DNA of 28,273 nt, from NCBI GenBank assembly GCA_044225365.1, contig JBGAIQ010000067.1:1-28273 (forward strand). Reading direction: 5' to 3'. The notes under the pieces are model-generated. The model did not search any database. It worked only from the letters and a program-made list of their open reading frames with translations, and was not told where the DNA came from. How positions within the stretch are numbered: the stretch's first letter is position 1; each line of letters opens with the position of its first letter. This stretch comes from Planctomycetota bacterium (GTDB lineage Bacteria > Planctomycetota > B15-G4 > JADJEK01). Positions 1-9,865 of this stretch are shown piece by piece. Both the position numbers and the translations under genes were made by a program.

Positions 1-901
1 CGCCATCGAGGCTGCCGAGCATCCGGAGATAACTATCGTATCGTTCGCGACGGACGAGCCCGGCGTTCACGGCCTGGATGACCGTGCACCCGGGCTCGTG
101 TGCGTGAGTACAGTCCGGGTATTTGCAGTCCACCGCATGCGGGCGAAGATCCGGCATCAGAATCGCGAGTTCCGCGGCGGGGACGTCGACGATGCCGAAG
201 CCGCGAAGCCCGGGTGAATCGACGACGAATCCGCCGCGGGGCAATCGCCACAACGAAACGCTCGTCGTGGTGTGTCGACCGCGCCCATGCTTCGCGACCG
301 TCCCCGTACGCAGCGTCAGACTCGGGTCGACGGCGTTCAACAACGAGCTCTTCCCCACGCCCGAATGCCCGACGAAGAGCGAAGTCTTGTCCTTCAACTG
401 CGCTTCCAGGCTCTCGATGCCGACGTTCGACGTCGTGCTCGTGAACAACACCGGGTAACCCATTTCACGGTAGATGGCGAGTCGCGAAGCGAGTTCGGCC
501 TCCGACGTTTGATCGATCTTGTTCACGACGATGACGGGATCCATCTCGTTGCGTTCGGCGACGACGAGGAATCGGTCGATGAGGCCTTCGCGCAGAGGCG
601 GATCCTTGGCGGCCGAGACGATGACGAGCTGATCGATGTTGGCGGCCGTCACTTGAATGATCCGAGGATCCCGCGGCGTGGGGCGACCGAGCTGGTTGTG
701 CCGCGGAAGCCGCTCTTCGATGATCCCCCGCCCGCCGTCGAACGTGACGCGGACGCGATCGCCCACGGCGACCGGGTTCTTCTCGTCCGTCTTCGTCTGG
801 AACAGCTTGGGACGAAGCGTGCAGGGCAGGACGACGCCGTCGATGTCGACGCTCCACATCCGCGCCTCGATGCGAATGAGAACGCCCGTTCCTTCCGTCA
901 T
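1..901 (-). CDS. rsgA: Ribosome small subunit-dependent GTPase A (3' end runs off the window)
   Basis: Not in the ORF track; translated by hand from ATG at 901: MTEGTGVLIRIEARMW...VAVGDRV...AANIDQL...NKID...GHSGVGKSSLLN...GRHTTT...DSPG...CKYPDCTHAHEPGC. Circularly permuted GTPase motifs (G4-G1-G2-G3) plus C-terminal Zn finger. Start overlaps the recD2 stop (ATGA). Confidence 0.97.
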   Translation of the reverse strand, partial: MTEGTGVLIRIEARMWSVDIDGVVLPCTLRPKLFQTKTDEKNPVAVGDRVRVTFDGGRGIIEERLPRHNQLGRPTPRDPRIIQVTAANIDQLVIVSAAKDPPLREGLIDRFLVVAERNEMDPVIVVNKIDQTSEAELASRLAIYREMGYPVLFTSTTSNVGIESLEAQLKDKTSLFVGHSGVGKSSLLNAVDPSLTLRTGTVAKHGRGRHTTTSVSLWRLPRGGFVVDSPGLRGFGIVDVPAAELAILMPDLRPHAVDCKYPDCTHAHEPGCTVIQAVNAGLVRRERYDSYLRMLGSLDG

Positions 902-3132
902 GGTGCACGCACTCGCTGCGCGAGCGCAGCGGACAGTCGCTCCTCCAACCAGCAGAATCGATCGTGCGTCGCACTATTGCCCGCGGCGATCTCGATCGCG
1001 CGCCGATTGCCGACGATGACGCACAATTGCCGAGCCCTCGTGATCGCCGTGTAGAGCAGATTGCGTTTGAGCAGCGGGAAGTGCTGGGTGTGGAGCGCGA
1101 TGACGACCGCCTTGTACTCGCCGCCCTGCGCGCGATGGACGGTCGTCGCCCACGCGGGAAGGAGCATTCCGAGTTCTTCGAACTCGTAGGTTACTTCTTC
1201 ATCGTCGAGGCGGGCGATCAGAGTTCCGCTCGGTTTGTCGATCGCGGTCACGAACCCCTGATCGCCGTTGTAGACGTTCTTTTTGTAGTCGTTCTTGATC
1301 TGGACGATGCGGTCGCCCACGCGCAGGGTCCGTCCGCTGCGCGAGACCTCGTTCTCGGGATTGGGATTCAGCGCCCTTCCGAGCACTGCGTTCAGATTTT
1401 CGGCGCCAGCGCTGCCTTTGTGCATCGGGGTCAATACCTGAACGTCGTTCCGCGCATCGAGCCCGTAGGCCGCAGGAATCCGTTCCACGACGATTTGCCG
1501 AATCGTGTCCGCGAGCTGCTCGGGACTCTCCCGCTCGACGAAGAACATCTCGCCGCCCGCCCCCGGCGGGTCGAAAGAGGGCATTCGCCCGTGGTTCACT
1601 TCGTGCGCACCTTCGACGATGCGCGAGCCGTCGCGCTGGCGGAAGACGCGCTGGAGTCGAGTCGCCTCGATCCCTTCGTTGGCGCAGACGGCCCGAAAGA
1701 AATCGCCGGGACCGACGGACGGCAACTGATCGGCATCGCCGACGAGCGTGACGCGCGCACGCTCCGGCAAGGCGCGGAATAGCGCGGCCGCGAGCGGCAG
1801 ATCCATCATCGAACATTCGTCGACGATGATGTGATCGACATCGAGCGCCTCTTCGGTGCCAACGCGGAAATCGTCGATCGTCGGGTCGTACTTCAGAAGG
1901 CGATGGATCGTCGATGCGCTGCGCCCCGTCGCCTCGGAGAGTCGCTTCGCTGCGCGGCCGGTCGGCGCGCAGAGCGCCACTTCGACCTCGTCCTGCAGGA
2001 GTCCTGCTACGAGCAAACGCACGATCGTGGTCTTGCCCACGCCGGGGCCACCCGTGATGACGGCGAGCTTGTGCGTGAGAGCGCGAACGATGGCCGCCTC
2101 CTGCTCGGGCGCCAGCTCGAGATTCGCAGTCTTCGCCGCGCCGAGGACTCGCTCCCGCGCGCTCTCGAACGGGATCGCTTCGAAGGCGCCCTGCGCGATC
2201 GTCTCGGCGACGAAGCGTTCGGCGTGGTACATCTCCGGGGTGTAGAGCACCGGCCCCGATCGATCCCATCCCTTCTCCGGAACGAGCGCTTTCGCAATCG
2301 CGGGGGCGGTCTCGTCGCGGCGGACGTCTGCGACCGCGACGAGTTCGTCGATCGCCTTGCGCGTCGCGGATTCGCCGATCTCGAGACCCTCGGCTCGCCG
2401 ATAGACCTCGGATTCGGGGAGGAGCGTATGACCCTGACCGCTGGCTTCGCCGAGGAGATAGAGCACTGCGGCGCGAGCACGCTCCGGTGCGTCCTTGCTC
2501 ATCCCGATCGCCTGAGCGATCTTGTCGGCCGTCTTGAACCCGATGCCCTTCACCTCGTCCGCGAGTCGGAACGGGTTGCTGCGCACGAGCGCGACGGTTG
2601 CGTCGCCGTATTGGCGAAACAGCTTCATCACGGCCGAGTAACTGATCCCGAAGCCCTGCAGGAACGTCGACGCCTCGCGCACGTTGCGGCGCTCGTTCCA
2701 TAGCGCAGCGATCTTCTTCGCCTTCTTCTTGCCGATGCCCTCGACTTCCTTCACGCGATTCGGATCGGCATCGAGGATCTCGTACGTCGCGTCACCGAAC
2801 TTGTCGACGATGCGCTCCGCGAGAGCGCCGCCGACGCCTTCGAAGAAACTCGACAGGTAGGCGATCATGCCGGAGCGAGAACTCGGCCGCGACTCCTCGT
2901 GCCACTCCACCACGAACTGCCGACCGAATCGGGGGTGCTCCTTGTACGCGCCTCGCATCTTGAGCAAAGCGCCCTCGGAGAGTCCGTAGAGCCGACCGGT
3001 GACCGTGAGGGGTAGGACGAGGCCCGTGACGTCGACGCGGAGGACGGCGAAGCCGCTCTCCTCGCTCTCGTAGAGGATGTCGCGAACTTCGCCGACGAGG
3101 TCGACCTTCTTGTCTTCCGACTCGGCCATCAC
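898..3132 (-). CDS. recD2: ATP-dependent RecD-like DNA helicase RecD2 (SF1B)
   Basis: 744 aa ORF: N-terminal OB-like region (HPRFGRQF), HhH motifs (VEGIGKKKA, VKGIGFKTAD), Walker A GGPGVGKTT, APTGRAAKRL, IIVDECSM, GDADQLPSVGPG, TTVHRAQGGEY, LLYTAITRAR. Start is GTG 3132 or ATG 3129. Confidence 0.96.
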   Translation of the reverse strand: MMAESEDKKVDLVGEVRDILYESEESGFAVLRVDVTGLVLPLTVTGRLYGLSEGALLKMRGAYKEHPRFGRQFVVEWHEESRPSSRSGMIAYLSSFFEGVGGALAERIVDKFGDATYEILDADPNRVKEVEGIGKKKAKKIAALWNERRNVREASTFLQGFGISYSAVMKLFRQYGDATVALVRSNPFRLADEVKGIGFKTADKIAQAIGMSKDAPERARAAVLYLLGEASGQGHTLLPESEVYRRAEGLEIGESATRKAIDELVAVADVRRDETAPAIAKALVPEKGWDRSGPVLYTPEMYHAERFVAETIAQGAFEAIPFESARERVLGAAKTANLELAPEQEAAIVRALTHKLAVITGGPGVGKTTIVRLLVAGLLQDEVEVALCAPTGRAAKRLSEATGRSASTIHRLLKYDPTIDDFRVGTEEALDVDHIIVDECSMMDLPLAAALFRALPERARVTLVGDADQLPSVGPGDFFRAVCANEGIEATRLQRVFRQRDGSRIVEGAHEVNHGRMPSFDPPGAGGEMFFVERESPEQLADTIRQIVVERIPAAYGLDARNDVQVLTPMHKGSAGAENLNAVLGRALNPNPENEVSRSGRTLRVGDRIVQIKNDYKKNVYNGDQGFVTAIDKPSGTLIARLDDEEVTYEFEELGMLLPAWATTVHRAQGGEYKAVVIALHTQHFPLLKRNLLYTAITRARQLCVIVGNRRAIEIAAGNSATHDRFCWLEERLSAALAQRVRAP

Positions 3133-3170
3133 GCTTCCACTGTGCCCGATCCGTTAGACTCGGGCGATCC

Positions 3171-4235
3171 GTGGTCCACGATCGTCAGCCATCGCTACAC
3201 CGCAAGAGCAAGCTCGACCTCCTCGACGCCGAGGAAGTCGTGTTCGAAGCCGATTCGTACCATTCCAACTGCCGCTGCGACGCGTTCCTCACAAGATTCA
3301 TGACTTGGCGCAGTCGCACCAGCATCCAGCGGCTGATCAAGGAAGGCAAAGTAGCGCTGGTTCGAGGCGGCGCCAAATCGTCGAGAATGCTGGGAGGGAC
3401 GGGGCTGAAGGCTTCGACGATCGTCTTGCCCGGCGACCTCCTCCACGTGATGTTGCCGAAGCCGAAGCGCGACGTCGAAGCGATCCTGCACGATCCTGAC
3501 GATCCCATCATCCGTCCCCTCTTCGAGGATCGCTGGCTCCTGGCCCTGAACAAACCGCCGAACGTCCCCGTCCACCCCGCCGGGCAACATCTGCATCGCA
3601 CGATCATCACGGCGCTCAACAAGCTCTATCGCAAGCCGGACGATCCCGAACGCGACATCGTTCCGAAGCTCTGCCATCGCCTGGATCTCGAGACGTCGGG
3701 GGTCCTGCTCTGCGGCAAGGACGACGATGCGCATCGCCTGGTGTCCGAGCAGATGTTCGCCCGCACTCCGGAGAAGGAGTACCTCGCGATCGTGCACGGC
3801 GTGCCCGCGGAGGATCACGGCATGATCGACCTGCCGATCGGCCCCGCGCTGCGGCGACGCGTCCAGGTCATGAAAGGCGTGCGCTACGACGAGGAAGGCA
3901 AGCCCTCACGCACCGAGTACTGGGTCGAGAAGAAGTTCAGCGAGTTCGCGCTCCTTCGACTGCGATTGCATACCGGCCGCATGCACCAGATCCGCGTCCA
4001 CTGTTCGGCGATCGGTCATCCTCTCGTCGGAGACAAGATCTACGGCGGCGACGACTCGATCTTTCTCCGCTACTACGACGGTGCAATGACCGACGACGAT
4101 CGGAAGCAACTGATCCTCTCGCGCCACGCGCTCCATGCACACCGCCTGCGGATCACGCATCCCATGACGAACGAACCCCTCGAGATCGTGGCTCCCCTCG
4201 CGGACGACATGGCGGAGTTGCTCGGTCGCCTGTAG
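3171..4235 (+). CDS. RluA/RluD-family rRNA pseudouridine synthase with N-terminal S4 domain
   Basis: S4-like RCDAFL...SRTSIQRLIKEGKV; LNKPPNVPVHP; catalytic CHRLDLETSG; LHTGRMHQIRVH; GHPLVGDKIYG; ALHAHRL. Confidence 0.95.
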   Translation: MVHDRQPSLHRKSKLDLLDAEEVVFEADSYHSNCRCDAFLTRFMTWRSRTSIQRLIKEGKVALVRGGAKSSRMLGGTGLKASTIVLPGDLLHVMLPKPKRDVEAILHDPDDPIIRPLFEDRWLLALNKPPNVPVHPAGQHLHRTIITALNKLYRKPDDPERDIVPKLCHRLDLETSGVLLCGKDDDAHRLVSEQMFARTPEKEYLAIVHGVPAEDHGMIDLPIGPALRRRVQVMKGVRYDEEGKPSRTEYWVEKKFSEFALLRLRLHTGRMHQIRVHCSAIGHPLVGDKIYGGDDSIFLRYYDGAMTDDDRKQLILSRHALHAHRLRITHPMTNEPLEIVAPLADDMAELLGRL

Positions 4236-4355
4236 CGGTGCGTGCCTTCGAGCTCGATGCTCCGTCGTTCCTTGATCCTCTCGATCCCGGGCGGAATCGG
4301 CGTCCCTCCAGTTGCTGCGGCCCGATCGCCGCGATGAGGCCATTCCTCGAAGAGT

Positions 4356-7300
4356 ATGCGCAAACCCAACGACTCGGACACGCATCGGAGGAACAGCTTC
4401 CTCCCCATCGTCGTATTCCTTTCGGCGCTCATCGGCGTCTCGTTCGAAGCCGCTCGCGGCGGAGACGTCGACGCGCGCCACGCGCCCTTCCTGCAGTTCG
4501 AGTCCGGCCCGACCAATTCGCTTCTCCTCACTCGCGACGGTACGCGCCTGCTCGTCCTGAACACGACTGACGATCGCGTCGAGGTCTACCGAATCGCAGG
4601 AACCCCGCTCCCCGGCCAACCCGGTATGGGTGGAAGCATCTCGTCGTCCGCCGGTGGCGTATCCTCGAGCGGCGGCGTGATCGGCAATTCGCCGGCACTT
4701 CCTTCCATCCTCGCGATCGAGTCCTCGATCTTCACGGGGCTCGAGCCCGTCGCGATGGTGGAGCATCCGACGCAGGACGACATCGTCTTCGTTGCGAATC
4801 ACGTGTCGGACAGCGTTTCGGTGGTCGATCTCGCATTGGGAAACGTCATCGCGACGATCCAGGTCGGAGACGAGCCGCAAGGGCTCGCGATCGCCGAAGG
4901 CAAGCTCTTCGTCGCCTGCGCGCGCGCGCCAGCGACACCCCTCGCGCCCGGCGCAACTCTTCCCGGTCCGATCGAGGAGAACGTAGTCGTCGTTGCCCAG
5001 GCCGACCCGCCCTACTCGCTCCTGAAGAACGTCGTGCTCGATGGAATGAAACCGCGAGGCGTCGCCGTCGCGGGCGGAACCGTATACGTCGCGATCCAAA
5101 ACTCGGGGAATCACACGACGCTCCTCGACGAGAACCACACGAAGCCTCTCGGTCTCGAGCAGACGGTGTGGGATGCCTTCGACGGCGGGCCATTCCCGAT
5201 CAATCCCGTGCTCGTGAAGCCCGAGCTCAACGCGCAGAACTTTGCTCGCGGTTGGTACGTTCCGAATGCGGGCCGCATCGTGTTCGACTTCGAATACCCG
5301 AATCTCGTTCACTCGCTCTCGGATCAGGATGTCTTCGCGCTCGACGCCGCGACCGGTTCGCGGTTGCCGTTCCTGGCGACCGGAGTGGGAACCACCCTCT
5401 ACGACATCGCCGTGAACCCGATCACTCAGAAGCTCTGGATCACGAATACGGATGCGCGCAACCGCACGCGCTTCGAGCCGCGTCTCGAGGGATCCGCGAC
5501 GACGAATCGGATCACGCTCGTCGACGCCATCAACGGAACGCATCAGGAGGTCGAACTCACCCCTCCTACGCTCCCCGCGAACGAAGCGCTCCCGACGGCG
5601 ATCACGTTCGGCGCGGGCCCGACTCCGCTCGCCTTCGTGGCCGCTTCCGGAACGGCGTCGGTGCTCGTATTCGATGCCGCGACCGCCGCCTTCCGCAAAC
5701 GAATCGCGACGGGGCCGATTCCGAGCGGCCTCGCGTTCGACTCGAAGCGCTCCCTGTTGTTCGTCCACACGCGCGGCGATGAGTCGATCCGCGCGTACGA
5801 CGGGAAACGATTCGACGCGGTCCTTCCCATCGTCCGGCTCCCGTACGACCCCGAGCCCCCGCACGCGCGCGCGGGACGCATCCACCTCTACGACGCTCGT
5901 AGCTCCTCCGGTCATGGCAACGGATCGCTCGCCTGCGCGAGTTGCCATGTATTCGGCCATGGGGATGGCCTCGCCTGGGATCTCGGAGATCCGGAGGGAG
6001 GTCTCGCGTATTGCTTTCCCGACATCTTGAAGGGTCTCGGCAGTTTCGAGAACGAGCTGGTCGTCGCGCCGACGACGCCCGTGCAGCATCCGTTGAAAGG
6101 ACCGATGGTGACGCAGTCGCTGCGTGGACTCATCGACCCGGACACGAAGGACGACCTCCCGCTGCACTGGCGCGGGGATCGGCGAACGTTCCATCAATTC
6201 AAGAACGCGTTCCGGGCCTTGCTCGGAGGGTCTGGCGTCGCGGAGGCGGACATGCAATCGTTCGCGCGCTTTCTGCGCTCGCTGCGATACGCGCCGAATC
6301 CGTACGGTCCGCGCGATCGCGTGTACACCGGGACCGATGCGGCGGGCGCGGACAAGTTCGGAATGAACCCGTCGTTCAGCGGCAAGGACTACAGCGCTGC
6401 GGTCGGCGTGTCGTGCATCGACTGCCACAACGGGGATTTCTTCGGCAAACACGATTTCACCGGCTCGCGACCGGTATCGAGCGCGGGCAGCTTCACGCAG
6501 ATCTTCCAGACCGCGCAGCTCCGCATGGCGTACGAGAAGCACTCGCCCGAACTCACGGGCTTCGGTCTCCTCCACGACGGCGCGGTCGACGGCGTGCGCG
6601 GCTTCATGGATTTCACGATTCCGAACGGCGGCGGCGCGACGTTCCACAACTTCACGACGCAGGACAAGGATGAGGTCGCCGCGTTCGTCGAGCATTGGGA
6701 TCACGGGCTCTCGCCGCTCGTCGGGGCACAATTCACGCTCGACCCCTCCAACGTCGCGGCCGCGACGAGTTTCCTCGATCTCGCCGAGACCCAGGCGAAG
6801 ACTCCTCTTTCCAACGTCGATCTCGTGCTGAAGGGATATCGCATCGCGCCGGACGGGGCGATCCTCGACCGCGGGGCGCTGTACCAGTGGAACCCGAGTC
6901 AGCAGAAATGGGGATACCAGTTCGACACCGGCGATTTCGTCGATCGCAATGTCGTTCTCCTCGTCGTGCAGGCCGGCATCGCGCGCTTCACCTTCACCTG
7001 CGTACCGCCCGGACTCGGCACACGACTCGGAATCGACCGCGACGAGGACGGAGCGTTCGACTTCGTCGAGCACATGGCAGGACTCGATCCGACACGACCC
7101 GACACGGATGGGGACGGCTACCTCGACGGTTTCGAGCGCGGAATCGGAGCCGACCCGAAGCACGCGGATGCGATTCTCCCCGATTCTGCGCCGCCCACGT
7201 TCGAGTCGCTACGGGCGCTCGAGATCGGCTCCGACATCGCGACGCTGGAAGTGGTGTGCGACGAGCCTGCGAGACTGCAGGTCGATGTCGGGACTCACGC

Positions 7301-7835
7301 CGGGTCCAACGACGTCGCATCTCTTGCAATCGAAGCTCTGCGCCGCCGCCACGATGTCGTGCTCGACGAACTTCCCCCTGGAACGAAACTCTTCGTCACC
7401 GTCACCGCGAAGGACCGGAACGACAACGCGACGACGTCGGCGCTCTCGTTCACTCCTCTGCCTCCGTTCGTCCACATCGATTCGATCGCGCTCTCAAAGA
7501 CCGGAACCGGGCCCTTCGTCGTGACGGCGCAGGTGAAGGTCGTCGACCGCAACGACCAACCGGTTCTCGGTATCCCGCTCGCAGTCTTCTTCGCGGGCGA
7601 CATCGGCAATCAGGCGTGGCAGCGCACCGGAACGACGGGGTCGAACGGCATCGCGACGATCGCGCTCGCCCCCCTCGCGCCATCGGGTTCGAGCGAGATC
7701 GCGGTGAGCGTGGCGTTCGTGGGTTCGATCGATCCCGCGAGTCCGTGGTTCGTGGGCAAGGGCGGGTCGATCCCGAAGTTCTTCTACGACGCGTCCGTCA
7801 ATCGCACGAACTACGCGCGTCTCACCGTGCCGTGA
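4356..7835 (+). CDS. Exported YVTN/YncE beta-propeller + di-heme cytochrome c (CcP/MauG-like) fusion with Ca-binding TSP3-like repeats and C-terminal FN3/Ig-like domains
   Basis: Signal peptide (RRNSFLPIVVFLSALIGVSFEAARG); propeller blades (VFVANHVSDSVSVVD, IQVGDEPQGLAI, LWITN); two CxxCH motifs, CASCH at 5934-5948 and CIDCH at 6414-6428; CcP-like segments TQSLRG, LHWRGDR, LHDG; DRDEDG...DP..PDTDGDGYLDGFE repeat. Confidence 0.85.
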   Translation: MRKPNDSDTHRRNSFLPIVVFLSALIGVSFEAARGGDVDARHAPFLQFESGPTNSLLLTRDGTRLLVLNTTDDRVEVYRIAGTPLPGQPGMGGSISSSAGGVSSSGGVIGNSPALPSILAIESSIFTGLEPVAMVEHPTQDDIVFVANHVSDSVSVVDLALGNVIATIQVGDEPQGLAIAEGKLFVACARAPATPLAPGATLPGPIEENVVVVAQADPPYSLLKNVVLDGMKPRGVAVAGGTVYVAIQNSGNHTTLLDENHTKPLGLEQTVWDAFDGGPFPINPVLVKPELNAQNFARGWYVPNAGRIVFDFEYPNLVHSLSDQDVFALDAATGSRLPFLATGVGTTLYDIAVNPITQKLWITNTDARNRTRFEPRLEGSATTNRITLVDAINGTHQEVELTPPTLPANEALPTAITFGAGPTPLAFVAASGTASVLVFDAATAAFRKRIATGPIPSGLAFDSKRSLLFVHTRGDESIRAYDGKRFDAVLPIVRLPYDPEPPHARAGRIHLYDARSSSGHGNGSLACASCHVFGHGDGLAWDLGDPEGGLAYCFPDILKGLGSFENELVVAPTTPVQHPLKGPMVTQSLRGLIDPDTKDDLPLHWRGDRRTFHQFKNAFRALLGGSGVAEADMQSFARFLRSLRYAPNPYGPRDRVYTGTDAAGADKFGMNPSFSGKDYSAAVGVSCIDCHNGDFFGKHDFTGSRPVSSAGSFTQIFQTAQLRMAYEKHSPELTGFGLLHDGAVDGVRGFMDFTIPNGGGATFHNFTTQDKDEVAAFVEHWDHGLSPLVGAQFTLDPSNVAAATSFLDLAETQAKTPLSNVDLVLKGYRIAPDGAILDRGALYQWNPSQQKWGYQFDTGDFVDRNVVLLVVQAGIARFTFTCVPPGLGTRLGIDRDEDGAFDFVEHMAGLDPTRPDTDGDGYLDGFERGIGADPKHADAILPDSAPPTFESLRALEIGSDIATLEVVCDEPARLQVDVGTHAGSNDVASLAIEALRRRHDVVLDELPPGTKLFVTVTAKDRNDNATTSALSFTPLPPFVHIDSIALSKTGTGPFVVTAQVKVVDRNDQPVLGIPLAVFFAGDIGNQAWQRTGTTGSNGIATIALAPLAPSGSSEIAVSVAFVGSIDPASPWFVGKGGSIPKFFYDASVNRTNYARLTVP

Positions 7836-8020
7836 CGAGAGCGTCGGAACGGTCTCCCACGCCGAAGGCTCGCCTTCGATCGGAATGAAATCTCGGGATT
7901 TCCGAAACCGGACCCCCGTGGCCGAACGCTCCCCCGCGATCGATCCACGGTTGGCCGAGAGCCCAAGGGTCGCGATGTCGTATCCTGCTCGCTCGGCGCA
8001 CCCAAAGAGGAGAGCACACC

Positions 8021-9865
8021 TTGAATTGCCGACTCGTACGGTTCGCACCCTCCCTTTTGTTCTGGTCGTTCTGTTTCATTTCCGGATCTTCGTTCGCCGC
8101 CAACTCGCCTGCGAACCCCGAACCGGCCCTGCCGCCCGGTTTCGCCTGGCCGGATGAATTCGGCGACGGGTTCTTCGGACGTGCGGAAGTCGGTCAGATC
8201 ACCGAGGACCTCGTTCCCGACGTCGTCCTCCTTCGCGGTCCGGTACCCGCTCCCGGCAAGGTCGACGATACGGCGTTCCTCGTGTACGGCCCGTCGACAT
8301 ATCGCGGCGTCATCCCGCTGCCGGGACCGGTTTCCGATTTCGCTATCGTGCACGGGGCCGGGCCCGATGGGCGAGATGCCATCGCTCTCGTCGACGCGTT
8401 CGGACTCTCCCTCGCGACGGTCGAGGACGGCGCGAACGAGTTCACGATCACCTCGCTCGACATGCCGGCATTCGTCGGCGCCCTGCGCGTTCGCACCGCC
8501 GACTACGATCACGATGGCGACTGCGATGTCTTGGGTCTCAGCTTCGACTCGAAGCGTCTCGTCGTCGCGCAGAACCTCGGCAGCGGATTCGTCCTGCTTT
8601 CTTTCGATCTCCCAAAGACGACCGCCGGATTCGACTTCGTGTACGTCGACGGGTCCGACGCGAACTCCACGCGGATCGCGATCCTCGACAAGAATGGACT
8701 CGCGTTCGCACACGCCGATTCGGGAAACCCGTACTTCGTGCTCGATCGCAACTACCGTTCGTCCTTGCCCGGCGGGCCGATCGCGACGCTTCGTGGAAGC
8801 CTGGGCGCGAACGCCAAGGTCTCGTGGATCACGAGCGCTCCCAATCCCGTGAACCAACTTCACCTCGTGTGCAATTCCCTCGGGTACGAGCCGTGGCCGG
8901 TGATGTACGACTCGCAGGGGATCGTCGCGACCGCATGCGGTGATCTCGACGCGGACGGGGACGACGACGCCGTCATGACTCGAACATCGATGGCGGGATT
9001 CCTGATCCATCGCAGTCAGGCATCGAACGGTGGAGTGTCGTTCACCTCGAATCCCGAGTCGCTATCGTCGATCGTTCCGCCGGACGTGCCTTCCGTCCCG
9101 GAGCCGGATCAGCACGCGTGGCCCGTCATCGGGGATCTCGACCACGATGGTGATCGCGACCTGTTCCTGGCCTGCCAAGCCGCGGGTCTCCTCTCGATGA
9201 TCGACGGATCGACGCTGGGGCCGCCGCCGTCGTCGTTCGTCCCGCCGCCCTCGCCTCCCGTTCTCACTTCGAGCGACTTCCGGAACGATCCCGAAGGCGC
9301 CTACTCTCCGAGCAGCACTGGTGATCTTCGACTCGTCTACTCGGTCGACGATTCTCTCGGCAGCGACTTCCGCCTCCAGGTCATCGCCTGGCGTGAGTCC
9401 GCTTACGCTCAGCCCGTCGAGGCGGACGCGACCTTCTCGACGCGAATCAGCCTGCCGAACGGGCAATCGGGACCGCCGATCGCGGAGTGCGTGATCGACA
9501 TCGACGAGACGCCCGCGTTCCCGTTCCCTGCGATCTACTGGATCGAGTCGCGCTACGTCCGCATCGATCCGTCGAACGGTCATGTCGTCGAGAGCTTCCC
9601 TGCGATCGTGTACGCCTACGCCGCCGCGAACGTCTCGCTGCCCGATTCCATTCCTACGGGCCCTTCGATCACGCCGTTGCTCGCCGAGCCCGGCACGGGA
9701 CCGACGCTCCACGTGATCTTCGATTATCCGGGTTTCGGCGCCGGTGCGGTTCAATGCGGCGGGCTGGTGCCGAAGGCGTCGGTTCCGTACTTCCCGCCGG
9801 GACCGAACATCCCGCGGCCCGGTGGGAGTTCGGGATCCGGCTCGGGTGGAAATCCCGGAGGCTGA
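8021..9865 (+). CDS. Exported FG-GAP/VCBS (DxDxDG) repeat protein with Pro-rich linker and C-terminal beta domain
   Basis: TTG start preceded by AGAGGAG; signal peptide ending SFA; ADYDHDGDCDV, GDLDADGDDDA and GDLDHDGDRDL plus degenerate repeats; PPPSSFVPPPSPP linker; Pro then Gly/Ser tail. Confidence 0.85.
   Translation: MNCRLVRFAPSLLFWSFCFISGSSFAANSPANPEPALPPGFAWPDEFGDGFFGRAEVGQITEDLVPDVVLLRGPVPAPGKVDDTAFLVYGPSTYRGVIPLPGPVSDFAIVHGAGPDGRDAIALVDAFGLSLATVEDGANEFTITSLDMPAFVGALRVRTADYDHDGDCDVLGLSFDSKRLVVAQNLGSGFVLLSFDLPKTTAGFDFVYVDGSDANSTRIAILDKNGLAFAHADSGNPYFVLDRNYRSSLPGGPIATLRGSLGANAKVSWITSAPNPVNQLHLVCNSLGYEPWPVMYDSQGIVATACGDLDADGDDDAVMTRTSMAGFLIHRSQASNGGVSFTSNPESLSSIVPPDVPSVPEPDQHAWPVIGDLDHDGDRDLFLACQAAGLLSMIDGSTLGPPPSSFVPPPSPPVLTSSDFRNDPEGAYSPSSTGDLRLVYSVDDSLGSDFRLQVIAWRESAYAQPVEADATFSTRISLPNGQSGPPIAECVIDIDETPAFPFPAIYWIESRYVRIDPSNGHVVESFPAIVYAYAAANVSLPDSIPTGPSITPLLAEPGTGPTLHVIFDYPGFGAGAVQCGGLVPKASVPYFPPGPNIPRPGGSSGSGSGGNPGG

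Noticed and set aside
272-1054. 260-aa plus-strand ORF and other short ORFs at the left end
   Set aside because: Antisense or off-frame to rsgA, which has complete family motifs.
3906-7163. 1085-aa minus-strand ORF
   Set aside because: Antisense shadow of the propeller/cytochrome and pseudouridine synthase genes; Arg-rich with no motifs, as expected from high-GC codon bias.
4356-7835. Methanobactin (mbnH) or methylamine dehydrogenase (mauG) cluster
   Set aside because: No mbnABC, mbnP, TonB receptor or mau genes nearby; only the di-heme motif pattern is shared.
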